Virus record (IMG/VR): IMGVR_UViG_3300043172_000501 | Span: 32,657-96,656 of that record | Origin: a virus | Length of the DNA: 64,000 nucleotides | Reading direction: 5' to 3' (one strand) | In this document: in pieces, positions 44,053-54,598 of the stretch | How the letters are laid out: every line of letters begins with the position of its first letter | Numbering within the stretch: position 1 is the first letter of the stretch | Notes under the pieces: generated by a model | Database searches by the model: none | What the model saw: the letters and a program-made list of their open reading frames with translations, nothing else | What the model was told of the DNA's origin: nothing | Made by a program: the position numbers and the translations under genes

Positions 44053-46320
44053 ATGGCATCAACTGAGCTTTTAGCAAGCAAAGTGGTAATTCTTGAAGAA
44101 GAGCCTAGCATTCCGTCTATATCTGCTCTGCCTAGTGCAGTGGCATTAGCTCTTGGTATTACTGAACGAGGACCAATTGCAGATAAGACCTTGATTACTT
44201 CTTTTGAAGAGTATACCGAAATATTCGGCGGATTTACAGCAAACGGACAAGTTGCCATTGCTGCTTACGGCTTCTTTCTAGTCGGCGGTAGTTTTATGTG
44301 GGTGAGTCGTACCGTTCACTTTACTAACAATACAGATCCAAACACATCAACCGCTGTTAAAGGTAATGTAATGTTACAAAACAGTGGAACCGCAGATAGC
44401 CCCGCACTAGTAGGACCAGGTACAGAAGTTGAACCCTTTGTCTCAGATCCCAACGTACCACTTTTAGTCGGCATCGACGGAGGCGGACCAACTTCCTGTA
44501 TTCCAACAGCAGTAGAAGCTTCGCTGACAACAGTAGTCTCAGGATTCCCACTAGTGGTATCAGGGACAAACCTCACTATGGGGATTACGATTGACGGAGC
44601 AAACGGCGGGAACGAGCAATCTCTTAGTATCGCAATAGGATCTCACACCGTTGAACAACTAGCACAAATAATTAACGAACAATTACTAGGTATATCTGCA
44701 TCCGTAGATACCGGGCAAGTTAAAGTCATTACTGATATTCTTGGAACAGATGCTGGCATTCAAGTTACAGACGAAGGAACCGGGAACGCCGATTTGAATT
44801 TTCCAACAGCTAAAAGCTCTGGAACTGGAAATGTCGGAAATGTTCGTCAGATAACTGCTTTAGAAATTAAGACTATTGTAGAAGCAGCTGAACCAGGAGC
44901 TATTGTTACTATCAATATTGATGGTTCTGTTTCTGTATCGACAGTTGACACAGGAGGAAGTGCAACAATTCAAATCACGAATAATCCACTGTCAGACGCT
45001 TTAGGATTAGACAATGATTTACACACCGGCGCAACCGCAACAGCAGAAAATACCTTGAATCTTATTGGCAAAACAGCCGGCGCATACACAGATAACATTA
45101 CATCCGCTATTCAAAACGCAACAAGTGGTGACGCCTCTGAATTTAATATGCAGATCATCGTCAACGGCGTAGTGAAAGAAGTTTTCGCAAACCTTACGAT
45201 GGATAATGAAGCATTAAATTTTATTGAAACCGTTGTTAACAATGCCGGAGTCGGCAGTAAATTGATTCAAGCTGTAGACCAAGGGCTCGCATATTCCGCA
45301 CTTCTTAAACGTCCTGCGACAGGAACAAGCTCCGCGATGACTGGCGGAGACGACGGACTAGTAGGAATCGTTGACGCAGATTATATCGGCAACTCAGCAG
45401 GCCCGACCGGACTGTATTGTTTCGACACTGTGCAGACTGGACGAATACTGATTGTACCTGGTCAAACATCTGCCGGTGTTCAAATCGGCATGATTGATTA
45501 CGCAGAATCTTGGAGAAACGGAACAATGTTCTGTATCCTAGATTGTCCACTCGGATATACCGCAGCTCAAATGGTCGCCTGGTTAGCATCACAAGGACTT
45601 GAAGAGCGAACAGAATTTGCAGCTGTTTACTGGCCTCGCATTAGAATCGTAAATCCAAACACAACAGTTTTCGGTACCGGCGCATCTATCGTAGTTCCAT
45701 ATTCCGGCTTCATTGCTGGAAAATACGCTTCCAACGACCAGAAGTTAGGCGGAGTGTATGAATCACCAGCAGGCGTTGGTGGCGGTTGGGGAATTATTCC
45801 AGGTGTTATCGGCGTAGAAGATGATCCTGGCGGTAGTGAAGAACATGAAGTTTTAGATGAGAAAAAACGTGATTTAATTTATCCTAAAAGGATTAACCCT
45901 ATCACACGTCTACCCGGAACTGCATGGCACATTGACGGCGGACGCACACTGAAGTCGACAGGAAACTTTCCTAACATCGGCGAGAGACGTGGTGTTATTT
46001 TTATCGAAACAACCTTACAACAAGGCATGATTATTCTGAAGCACCGCTTCAATAACAGAGAAAATCGCCAAAAAGCGAAACGTATTATCACTCAGTTTTT
46101 AGTGCGTGAAATGAACAAAGATGCTTTTAGAACAAGAAACCCAGCAACTGCATTCTTCGTAGATGTCAGCAATAAGCTTAACCCCTTAACAGAACAGCTT
46201 GCCGGCAAAATGAAAATCCGTATCGGACTCGCAACAAATAAACCAACAGAGTGGATTATAATTTTAGTCACTCAAGACACACGCCAACTCGCTGAAGAAT
46301 TAGCAACAGCAGGGGCATAA
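44053..46320 (+). CDS. Tail sheath protein
   Basis: GITERGP, ILDCP, AAVYWP, ESPAG, INPI, GGRTL, ERR. Confidence 0.95.
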   Translation: MASTELLASKVVILEEEPSIPSISALPSAVALALGITERGPIADKTLITSFEEYTEIFGGFTANGQVAIAAYGFFLVGGSFMWVSRTVHFTNNTDPNTSTAVKGNVMLQNSGTADSPALVGPGTEVEPFVSDPNVPLLVGIDGGGPTSCIPTAVEASLTTVVSGFPLVVSGTNLTMGITIDGANGGNEQSLSIAIGSHTVEQLAQIINEQLLGISASVDTGQVKVITDILGTDAGIQVTDEGTGNADLNFPTAKSSGTGNVGNVRQITALEIKTIVEAAEPGAIVTINIDGSVSVSTVDTGGSATIQITNNPLSDALGLDNDLHTGATATAENTLNLIGKTAGAYTDNITSAIQNATSGDASEFNMQIIVNGVVKEVFANLTMDNEALNFIETVVNNAGVGSKLIQAVDQGLAYSALLKRPATGTSSAMTGGDDGLVGIVDADYIGNSAGPTGLYCFDTVQTGRILIVPGQTSAGVQIGMIDYAESWRNGTMFCILDCPLGYTAAQMVAWLASQGLEERTEFAAVYWPRIRIVNPNTTVFGTGASIVVPYSGFIAGKYASNDQKLGGVYESPAGVGGGWGIIPGVIGVEDDPGGSEEHEVLDEKKRDLIYPKRINPITRLPGTAWHIDGGRTLKSTGNFPNIGERRGVIFIETTLQQGMIILKHRFNNRENRQKAKRIITQFLVREMNKDAFRTRNPATAFFVDVSNKLNPLTEQLAGKMKIRIGLATNKPTEWIIILVTQDTRQLAEELATAGA

Positions 46321-46330
46321 GGAGACGACT

Positions 46331-46786
46331 ATGGGACAACCAGTAATGTGGTATGATAAATTTAAGTTTGTGATCGAAATAGACGGCATCGTAAGAGCTG
46401 CTTTCCAAACTTGCTCAGAATTAACAGCGGAAGCTGCAAATATTGAGTATAAAGAAGGCGGGAGATTACATCCTCATAATTCACCCGGAACAGTAACGTT
46501 TCCTGAACTAACCATGACTCGTGGCGTTGCAGATGATTTTGATCTGTACAACTGGTTCAAAGACACATATGATGCAGGAGCCGGCACAGGATTAGACACG
46601 CCAGACATCTATCGTACATTCGATATCGTCCAGCTAAATCGCAAAGGCGAAGAAGTTGAAAGATACACAATCTACGATGCGTATTGCAGAGCTTACTCAG
46701 CAGGAGACTGGGATAATGATGCAGACGAAAAAAGGATTGAAACTGTAACAGTTCAACCCGACCGTTGGGAAAGAGTTCCTGCTTAA
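46331..46786 (+). CDS. Tail tube protein (T4 gp19-like)
   Basis: FVIEIDG...FQTCSEL...EYKEGG...LTMTRG...LYNWF. Confidence 0.92.
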   Translation: MGQPVMWYDKFKFVIEIDGIVRAAFQTCSELTAEAANIEYKEGGRLHPHNSPGTVTFPELTMTRGVADDFDLYNWFKDTYDAGAGTGLDTPDIYRTFDIVQLNRKGEEVERYTIYDAYCRAYSAGDWDNDADEKRIETVTVQPDRWERVPA

Positions 46787-46809
46787 TCGCCAACTAAGTA
46801 AGAAGTATT

Positions 46810-46836
46810 GTTCCAGGGGCATGTGGCTCCTGGAAC
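46810..46836 (+). other. Stem-loop after tail tube gene
   Basis: GTTCCAGGGGC-ATGTG-GCTCCTGGAAC; no T tract. Confidence 0.55.
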
Positions 46837-46885
46837 TTAGGTAAAGGCAAACAACAGAAACAGTAACAGAAATAGGAGTAGTTCT

Positions 46886-47689
46886 ATGCGTCAAGAAACT
46901 TTCAAATTAACATCAGGTTTACAAGTCGAACTTCGACAACTTAAATTAGCTGAGGAGAATATCCTTGCTAACGCACGTAAATCTAAAAGAAGCCAAATGA
47001 ATAAAGTGCTGTCTCAAGTGCTAAGTAAATGCACTGTGTCAACAGTTGATTCAGGACCATACAATTTTACAGGAGACGTACCGTGGGACAAAGTCCTTTC
47101 CGGCGACAAGGTTGATGCGATGTTAAGTCTTCGCAAAATTTCTTACAAAGATGGCGATAAACTTTTCGTGCCAGATGTTTTCTGCCCAAGCTGTCGTAGT
47201 AGATTCGCTTGGGAAGTAGACCTAGAAGAAGATTTAAGTTATCAGAAGCTACCAGAAGAATCCTTTGAAAAACTAAAGAATGGCACACCATTTGAAGTGG
47301 ATATTTCAGGACACAAAGTATTGTTTGAACTGACTTCAGGCGAACAAGAAGCAAGGTACGAGAAATTAAAAAAACAGAACCCAAACAGGGAAATGTCAGC
47401 TGGGCTTCGTTCAAGGATTATCGACGTGGTACCTCCTTCAGGAGATAAACTTGCCCGGAAAGACATCATGAACTGGTTAGACGGGAACAGTGGAGACTTT
47501 GACGGATTAACGTCAGACGACGGTGAAGAGCTGAGAGACGCAATGGACTCAGTGGACGCTGGCGTAGATTTAGAGGTCGAAGCTTTATGCTCTGACTGCG
47601 GAGGGCCGGTCACATTTGATCTCCCTTTCTCCTACGTGTTCCTACCTGGCAAAGGAATCAAGAAACGGAAAGTACAGCGCCGTGGGTAG
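46886..47689 (+). CDS. Tail assembly chaperone (T4 gp26-like Zn-binding), short form
   Basis: Lies between tube and tape measure; GDK...LRKISY, CPSC, CSDCG...LPF. Confidence 0.8.
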   Translation: MRQETFKLTSGLQVELRQLKLAEENILANARKSKRSQMNKVLSQVLSKCTVSTVDSGPYNFTGDVPWDKVLSGDKVDAMLSLRKISYKDGDKLFVPDVFCPSCRSRFAWEVDLEEDLSYQKLPEESFEKLKNGTPFEVDISGHKVLFELTSGEQEARYEKLKKQNPNREMSAGLRSRIIDVVPPSGDKLARKDIMNWLDGNSGDFDGLTSDDGEELRDAMDSVDAGVDLEVEALCSDCGGPVTFDLPFSYVFLPGKGIKKRKVQRRG

Positions 47690-47895
47690 GACTGTTACAG
47701 TCATTATCCCTAGACGATATTCGTACGATTCGCTTTGAGCTTTCTTGGCAACCTATATTCGGGGGGAATATGAGAGGCCTGGGTTACTTTGATATATTAG
47801 AACTGCCCATGGAAGAAGTTACAGAAATTTTAGAATGGGCATCTAAAAGACGGCACCAAGAAGTTAAAGCCGCTTTTGGAAAAAAAGGGAAGTAA
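47623..47895 (+). CDS. -1 frameshift extension of the tail chaperone (G-T type long form)
   Basis: C CCT TTC heptamer at 47623-47629; -1 frame open 90 codons to TAA 47893-47895, one base before the tape measure ATG. Confidence 0.75.
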   Translation, partial: PFLLRVPTWQRNQETESTAPWVGLLQSLSLDDIRTIRFELSWQPIFGGNMRGLGYFDILELPMEEVTEILEWASKRRHQEVKAAFGKKGK

Positions 47896-47896
47896 C

Positions 47897-50410
47897 ATGG
47901 CTCTTAACAAATTCGGAATGGGTTTCGTACTATCAGCCCAAGACACCGCATCCAAAGTATTTAATAAAGTCGGTGGTGGCTTTAATAAAATGACAGGCGG
48001 TATCGAGCGTGATGCCAGACGCCAACAAAATGCGATGGCCAACATCGCTGTTGGCGGTTCCATGCTCCTCTTTAGTAAGAGTGTTTTCGACGGATTCAAC
48101 AATGCACTAAAAATGTCCAAAGAGCTAAACACTGCTCTTGCCGAAGTATCAACACTGACAGACGAGGCTTCCTTTGCGATGTCTGACATGGCGAAAATAA
48201 CTTCAGAAGCTGCTTCAAAATATGGTGAAGACCAAGTAAAACAAACCCAAGCTTTGTATTCAATTATTTCCGCTGGATTCGGCGAAGCAGAACAAGCTGC
48301 GAATCTATTAAGTGCTGCTAACGAGATGGCAGTAGCCGGTGTTAGTGATGTAGCAACGTCAGTCGACGGACTCACTAATATGATGAACAACTTTAGAGAC
48401 AAATCGGCAAACGCGATTTCAGATGAGATGTTCACAGCGGTCAAAGCAGGCAAAACGACCATTGACGAATTAGCAGGATCAGTCGGTAAACTCGCACCAC
48501 TTTGGGAATCTCTCGGAGGCTCATCAGCTTCCATGCTCGGGGCTATTGCTACAGTTACCACAAAAGGTATCGTCACCACTGAAGCCATATCAGGATTAAA
48601 AGCTGCACTCCAAGGGGTAATGAAACCAACAGGCGACGCTGTGAAAGAAGCTAAACGTTTAGGTGTAGAATTTAACGTTGCTGCACTTAAATCGAAAGGC
48701 TTAGTGGAAGTTTTAAACGATGTAACAGGTTCCGCAAAATTTAACGATGAAACTTTTACAAAACTATTCGGTTCAGTAGAAGGTCTTAATGCTGCTCTAG
48801 CTCTCGCATCTCAAGACGGGGCGAAGTACGCAGAGATCATGGATATGATGAAAAATAGTTCTGGTGCGACAGCAGAAGCTTTTCGCAAGATGACAAATTC
48901 ACTAGCTTTCCAAGACAAGAGGTTTAAAACTATTACTGACAATATTCAAAGAATTTTCGGCGAATCACTAGAAAGAATTTTATTGCCATTTGCCAAAGGG
49001 CTCGTAAGAGTCGCTGAAGGTTTTGAGAAATGGATGAAGAGTTTGCCACCTGAAGCAATTGACACGCTAACCTCTGTCGTTTCTGTTATCGCAGCAGTGG
49101 TAGGACTAGTGGGAGGCTTATTAGTCTTAAAAGGGACATTAGGGCTTCTAGGGATATCCTTTTCTGGGCTAGTCTCAACGATGAGTTCTATTTTAATTGG
49201 AGGGCCAGCTATCATAATTCTTTTCGGTGGATTAGCAGTCGCAACTTACGCAGCTTATAAAGCTTTTCAAAGGAATACTGGCAGTATAGCTTGGAGTTGG
49301 CAAGAGATGGTAAGTAAAATAAAGATTGCCTGGCGAGCCCTAGTATCTATTATTAAAAATGAACAGTTCAGTGAAGAACTACAATCAGAATTAAACAAGG
49401 CAGGCAATGAAGGATTAGGTCAATTTATAGAAGGGATGGCTAATTTTATTGTAAAGATAAAACATTTCTGGAGAGGCTTAAAAGCAGGATTCGATGAAGG
49501 CATAAATCGACTAGTAGATTCAGACGCTTTCAAAAGATTAAGAGAATCGTTCGGAGGAGTTTTTGATTTATTCACAAACGGGCCGATGGATGCGTCTCAA
49601 AATCAACTAGAAGAGTGGGCAAACAAAGGTGTCGAAGCTGGATTAAAAATAGCGAAATTAGGAGAGATGATTTTTGATGCTACTTCCAGTGCAATTGAAT
49701 TCGGGAAACGTTTCACTAAAGCCATGTCTAGTGTGACAGCCGAAGATATAAATCAAGGAATCAATACTACTATTGAGATCTTCAAAGACTTGGTTACAAT
49801 TCTACAGTTCACTGCAACAGTGATGGGATTCATCGTAGATGTAGCCAAAGTTCTAGTGAACTCAATACAAGTGGTTGGAGCAGTTATAGGCGAAACTCTT
49901 GCCAATTGGCTTTCAAACCTCGGACACTTAGGAGACGCCGTGATGGCACTGATAGACGGGGATTTCAAAGGAGCCTCAGCTGCTGCAAGTCAATTCGACA
50001 TGAAAAAGATGTTACCAGGAGGCATTGCTTTTTCCGTAGCAGAAGTTTTAATGGATGAAAATTCAGAAACAACAAAACGATCTGGAGATTTGATTCGTAA
50101 TTTCGATCCTGAAAGTACAGTCGGATTAGGTGAAGAGATAAAAGCTCAACAAGTTTCAGACCTTCAAGTACTCCAAGCTGATTCTGTCGATATGATTAAA
50201 AACGCTCGTTTAAAAGGCGAATCTGATAAAGAACAAGTAGAACTATTACGACAAGTAAATGTAATGCTAGAACAACTAGTTGGAAAACCACAACCACCAG
50301 TTAATGTCCTACTCAACACAAAAAATGTAAGTAGCATCTTAGAAAAGCACCTTGAGTCAGAATCAGATCGTGACTTAGATGGATACACTCCAGTGCACCC
50401 ATTTGGTTAA
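47897..50410 (+). CDS. Tape measure protein (TP901-type core)
   Basis: Ala/Gly-rich helical; ALYSIISAG, GKTTIDELA, LFGSVEG; hydrophobic mid-region. Confidence 0.93.
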   Translation: MALNKFGMGFVLSAQDTASKVFNKVGGGFNKMTGGIERDARRQQNAMANIAVGGSMLLFSKSVFDGFNNALKMSKELNTALAEVSTLTDEASFAMSDMAKITSEAASKYGEDQVKQTQALYSIISAGFGEAEQAANLLSAANEMAVAGVSDVATSVDGLTNMMNNFRDKSANAISDEMFTAVKAGKTTIDELAGSVGKLAPLWESLGGSSASMLGAIATVTTKGIVTTEAISGLKAALQGVMKPTGDAVKEAKRLGVEFNVAALKSKGLVEVLNDVTGSAKFNDETFTKLFGSVEGLNAALALASQDGAKYAEIMDMMKNSSGATAEAFRKMTNSLAFQDKRFKTITDNIQRIFGESLERILLPFAKGLVRVAEGFEKWMKSLPPEAIDTLTSVVSVIAAVVGLVGGLLVLKGTLGLLGISFSGLVSTMSSILIGGPAIIILFGGLAVATYAAYKAFQRNTGSIAWSWQEMVSKIKIAWRALVSIIKNEQFSEELQSELNKAGNEGLGQFIEGMANFIVKIKHFWRGLKAGFDEGINRLVDSDAFKRLRESFGGVFDLFTNGPMDASQNQLEEWANKGVEAGLKIAKLGEMIFDATSSAIEFGKRFTKAMSSVTAEDINQGINTTIEIFKDLVTILQFTATVMGFIVDVAKVLVNSIQVVGAVIGETLANWLSNLGHLGDAVMALIDGDFKGASAAASQFDMKKMLPGGIAFSVAEVLMDENSETTKRSGDLIRNFDPESTVGLGEEIKAQQVSDLQVLQADSVDMIKNARLKGESDKEQVELLRQVNVMLEQLVGKPQPPVNVLLNTKNVSSILEKHLESESDRDLDGYTPVHPFG

Positions 50411-50424
50411 TAAGGAGAAATGTC

Positions 50425-51099
50425 ATGGCAAGTAATAGACCATCAGGAGAGTCAAATTTGGGAGATTCAGCAGGTCGCAGACAAAGCGATTTTGCTCGTG
50501 GAAGCATATATAATCCTGAGTTACCGGAAGATTCTCAAAATTTGACGTTTTTCTTTAAGCCAGAACCAATTAGAGAACAGCTACAAGCCAACTACGATAA
50601 GATGTCAGTAATCGGCATGTCGCATCAATACCAGAGTTATAGTTTTACTAATAATATGGCTATACAATTCGACTTGTACATGAATAGTCTTATGATGACT
50701 AAAGAAGGATTTAAAGGCGGAACAAATAGAAGTATCAACAGAAATACAACAGGCGAAAACAATGAAGTAGAGACTTCACAACAGACCGTCACAGGAGCAT
50801 CAGCAGAAATTGAATGGTCGAGGAGATATTTAGAAGCTCTACTAGTTCCACCGGTAAATTTCACAGGATTGATTGGCTCTTCACCTCCCGCTGTGATACT
50901 TTCTTTACCAGGCATCGTTACTATCAGATGCAGATTGATGCAACTATCAGTTGAATTTGTATCGATGGATATTCATAACAATATCAAAGAGCTTAAGATG
51001 AAAGTCAAGTTCGAAGAAGCCCCACTGAATAGGATAACTATGCAAGACGTGTTAGAAAATGGTTCATTCAGAACATGGGGCGGAGGGGGAAGTTACTGA
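50425..51099 (+). CDS. Tail tube initiator/baseplate-tube protein
   Basis: FFFKPEPIRE..ANY...GMSHQYQSY...SPPAVIL; follows tape measure. Confidence 0.7.
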   Translation: MASNRPSGESNLGDSAGRRQSDFARGSIYNPELPEDSQNLTFFFKPEPIREQLQANYDKMSVIGMSHQYQSYSFTNNMAIQFDLYMNSLMMTKEGFKGGTNRSINRNTTGENNEVETSQQTVTGASAEIEWSRRYLEALLVPPVNFTGLIGSSPPAVILSLPGIVTIRCRLMQLSVEFVSMDIHNNIKELKMKVKFEEAPLNRITMQDVLENGSFRTWGGGGSY

Positions 51100-51431
51100 T
51101 GTTTCAATACAGTCGATATTCATTTTGTATAGCCAGAAAAGATGATCAAAATAATTTATGGCTTGATGAGCGGGAGCCTTTTAGATTTAGTGAACAGCCA
51201 GACAATCGTTTTCATGTAGTAAAAGACGGAGACACTTTATGGGGACTCGCTCATATGTATTTCGGTGGGTTCTCTCGGCCTTCTGGACTATGGTGGATTA
51301 TCGCCGAGTTCCAACAACAACCAATAGTAGATCCAACTATCAAACTTTACGAAGGACAAGTTATAGCAATACCGTCTGAACGAGTTGTACGTACACTTAT
51401 TTTTGACCCACAGAGGAGACAGTTTCACTAA
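51099..51431 (+). CDS. LysM/tail-X-like baseplate protein
   Basis: HVVKDGDTLWGLAHMYFG...LWWIIAE...IAIPS. Confidence 0.85.
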   Translation: MFQYSRYSFCIARKDDQNNLWLDEREPFRFSEQPDNRFHVVKDGDTLWGLAHMYFGGFSRPSGLWWIIAEFQQQPIVDPTIKLYEGQVIAIPSERVVRTLIFDPQRRQFH

Positions 51432-52796
51432 ATGCCATACGGAAACCCAGTCGTAGCGGTGAGGTTGCTAGATTTTGATTCTGGTGACGAGTTTACTTTT
51501 GGCGGTAAAAACGACCAGTTATTAGAATACGTTATGGAACGTATTATGTCTTTTCAGTTTTCAGATCATGATAGAAAAAAAGACCAGTTAGAAATGACTT
51601 TCAGGAATGATGACTATAAGATGCTTGATGATCCTATTTTCGTCAAAGGTCAAAAATTAGAAGTTACATGGGGATGGAAAAACAATACATCAGCACCACG
51701 CAGGATGATTGTAAAAAAAGTAGAAGGTGGCACAATAATAACAGTCACTTGTCATTGCCCAGTTTCATTGCTTGATACAAAAAAACGTTCCAGATTTTTA
51801 GAAGGAGCGACAGACTCTGAGTTCGTAAGAATGATAGCTGATGAATACGGGTACAAAAGCCACCTGTCAATTATAGAAGATACTGAGACACGGAGAGATA
51901 TTACACAAGGCAGATGGATGACCGACGCAAAGATGTGTCAAAGACTTGCCAGCAGGAATGGTTTTAAATTCTACATCGACGCAACAGGTTTTCACTGGCA
52001 TCGGCAAGACAATAGTAAGATACCGTTTAGGGAATATATCTACAAGACTGACTGGCACGAAGGTGCGATAATAGCACCACCAGAATTTGAAGCAAACTTG
52101 AGCAAAGGTATCGCAAAAGTGCGAGTCCTAGCACAAGATCCAATATTGAAGTCACCAGTAGATGAAGCCATCGGCATTGATGACGAAATTGATGTCAGTT
52201 TAGGAAGCGAAGATGAACTATTTGACCCGGACGATCCTGACATCGGATTAAGAGGTTTCAGGATAAGTGAAGAAGAAGTCATAGCTGGTGGTTCCTTGAC
52301 CGCAGAAGAAGCAAGAACAATAGCAGATGGTAGATATCGTGATACAGCACAAAAGAGATACAAATGCACATTGACAATAATAGGAGACCCCGCTTTAGGA
52401 GCTAAAATACTAATCGGACTCTATGGCGTAGCAGAGACTTTCAACGGGCTATATTACGTCAAAGAAGTCGTTTCACAAATAAGCTCTGGCAAATTTATAA
52501 TGACACTATCACTAGTCAAAGACGCATTAAGTGAAGTAAAAGCTGCGAAGAAAAAGAAACGTAGAAACAATAAGAATAATAAGAAAAAGATTAAAGAAGA
52601 AACAGGGGAATATAAAAATGTGTTAATAGCAATGGTCGACGGCGAAGGTCAGACAGTGCCAGCGTGGAAGTTTATTGACCCACAAGGAGACACTGTTGCA
52701 ACATCACAGTTAACTGAGGAACAATATTTAGCATTGCCAGAACGTTCTAAAAAAGAATTATTTGAGCAGGGTGTGTCAACATACCCAGATAGGTAA
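51432..52796 (+). CDS. Baseplate hub (late control D / gp27-like)
   Basis: KGQKLEVTWGW, TDAKMCQRLASRNGF, IIGDP, NGLYYVKEV. Confidence 0.85.
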   Translation: MPYGNPVVAVRLLDFDSGDEFTFGGKNDQLLEYVMERIMSFQFSDHDRKKDQLEMTFRNDDYKMLDDPIFVKGQKLEVTWGWKNNTSAPRRMIVKKVEGGTIITVTCHCPVSLLDTKKRSRFLEGATDSEFVRMIADEYGYKSHLSIIEDTETRRDITQGRWMTDAKMCQRLASRNGFKFYIDATGFHWHRQDNSKIPFREYIYKTDWHEGAIIAPPEFEANLSKGIAKVRVLAQDPILKSPVDEAIGIDDEIDVSLGSEDELFDPDDPDIGLRGFRISEEEVIAGGSLTAEEARTIADGRYRDTAQKRYKCTLTIIGDPALGAKILIGLYGVAETFNGLYYVKEVVSQISSGKFIMTLSLVKDALSEVKAAKKKKRRNNKNNKKKIKEETGEYKNVLIAMVDGEGQTVPAWKFIDPQGDTVATSQLTEEQYLALPERSKKELFEQGVSTYPDR

Positions 52797-52799
52797 AGA

Positions 52800-53387
52800 A
52801 TGAGTGAAGGGTTATTTGGAATTTATAGTGGGACAATTACGTATCGTGATGACAACGAAGGACTTGGACGTGTAAAAGTTCAGATCCCAGGCATATTTTC
52901 TCCCGGCAGATCTAATGAGGGCCCCTGGTGCTTTCCAAGAGGTGGAGGAAGTAAGAATTGGGGAAAAAATGATGTTCCACCACTAGGGTCAGATGTTTTA
53001 ATCCAATTCATTAACGGTAATATAGACCGTCCGATTTATGAACCAGCATGGCACGGCAAACCCTTGAATAAAGAGACTAATCAGCAAGAGTCAGAAGTTT
53101 TTCCTGAATTTGAGCATCCAGATGTTCATGTTTTCGGAAGAGGTTGGCTAAGATTAGTTATTGATGATCGTGAAGGACAACGAGTAGCCAGATTAAAAGC
53201 TGTTAAAGAAATAGACGGCAAAGAAGAGGACGTGGTTTGGATTGAGTTCAACTATGAAGACAACGCTCTCCAGTTTCACGGGGTCAGCGCTGTAGGAGTA
53301 TCAGCCGAAGCTATTATTGACATCGACGCACCCGCAGTGCAAGTTCGAGGTCGTAAAGTTGTACCGAACAATAAACCAATAAACTAG
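52800..53387 (+). CDS. Baseplate spike (gpV / gp5 OB-fold)
   Basis: DNEGLGRVKVQIP...VPPLGSDVLIQFINGNIDRPIY. Confidence 0.9.
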   Translation: MSEGLFGIYSGTITYRDDNEGLGRVKVQIPGIFSPGRSNEGPWCFPRGGGSKNWGKNDVPPLGSDVLIQFINGNIDRPIYEPAWHGKPLNKETNQQESEVFPEFEHPDVHVFGRGWLRLVIDDREGQRVARLKAVKEIDGKEEDVVWIEFNYEDNALQFHGVSAVGVSAEAIIDIDAPAVQVRGRKVVPNNKPIN

Positions 53388-53395
53388 GAGTAATT

Positions 53396-54172
53396 ATGTC
53401 ATTTCCACCAGAAGACCTATGTTTTGAATTACCAGAAATACCTAGTATCGATGAAGTCTGTTTACCCGGAGGAGTTTGTTTGAGTTATGTCTGGGACGGT
53501 ATAAATAAAATACCAACAGCCTCAGATATAAGCATGGATTTCTTTTCACAAATAGGACCGGCGATGGCTCCACTGAAACCAGTTTTTGATATTTTAGATA
53601 CAGTGATGTCAATTTTCAATTGTGTAAAAGCAATACCGAAGTCCATTTTAACCCTTAATCCACAAGAGTTAATTGACTGTTTCCCAGCTTTAGCAAAAGC
53701 AGTTGACCAAATTTTAAAACTCATTCCACAATTATCATTGCCAAAGATGATAAAAGCACTTTTACATAACATCGCTACACTATTGAGAGGCATCGCTTCA
53801 GATTTAAAATACATTGAATCTCAATTACAACGTATCGCAGATAACATTGATAGAGCTGCACAATTAGGCGATCATAAAATGAATGGATTTTTAGTATGCG
53901 CTCAAAATGATGTAAACGAAACAGCTCTAAGTACAGCAGAAGCTTTAAAAGGGATAGGAACCATAATTTTGATGGTTAATATTTTCATGGGACTGATAGG
54001 TGGACAAGAAGTTCCTTGTTTTGGCTCACTCATTAGTGATAATATAGGGGAAGGATTCGATGTCATGGTTGATATTTTAACAGGACTAGCTGAAGTTTTA
54101 GATGCTATGGCAGATGCGATTCCTGACCCGGACTTGATACTAACATTGGCATTAGGAAATCAGCAATGTTAA
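53396..54172 (+). CDS. Hypothetical helical baseplate-region protein
   Basis: GGAG RBS; position. Confidence 0.65.
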   Translation: MSFPPEDLCFELPEIPSIDEVCLPGGVCLSYVWDGINKIPTASDISMDFFSQIGPAMAPLKPVFDILDTVMSIFNCVKAIPKSILTLNPQELIDCFPALAKAVDQILKLIPQLSLPKMIKALLHNIATLLRGIASDLKYIESQLQRIADNIDRAAQLGDHKMNGFLVCAQNDVNETALSTAEALKGIGTIILMVNIFMGLIGGQEVPCFGSLISDNIGEGFDVMVDILTGLAEVLDAMADAIPDPDLILTLALGNQQC

Positions 54173-54181
54173 GGTGTAATT

Positions 54182-54589
54182 ATGGCAACTAAAAACAACC
54201 CCATAGGCAGAGGAATATTATGTCCATTCATGAGAGATGGCAAAGGTGACTTCGCTAATACTGAAGGACTACCCGTTTTAAAGAGTGATATCGGAGAACT
54301 ACTCGGAATCGTTGGGCCAACAGTAACACAACCAGGAGAACTACCATGGGACGGCGGAAGAGGCAGTAGGCTTTTAGTCTTGAAACACCGTGGAATACAT
54401 TCAGAAATGGTTAGGGCGATGGCAGAACACATGTCGAGTGGAGTTATTAGAAGTTACGAAACCAGAGTCCGTGTAGGGCAGACCCGTATAGTTATAGACG
54501 GAACCGCATTACGAGTGACAGTCAGCTATATTCCACTTGGGTACGCAAACGTAGAACCACAATACGCTGAAATTTCACCGATAGGATAG
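54182..54589 (+). CDS. Baseplate wedge gp25/gpW-like
   Basis: GRGILCPF.RDG.GDF...PGELPW...GSRL...YETRV. Confidence 0.85.
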   Translation: MATKNNPIGRGILCPFMRDGKGDFANTEGLPVLKSDIGELLGIVGPTVTQPGELPWDGGRGSRLLVLKHRGIHSEMVRAMAEHMSSGVIRSYETRVRVGQTRIVIDGTALRVTVSYIPLGYANVEPQYAEISPIG

Positions 54590-54598
54590 GAGCAATAA

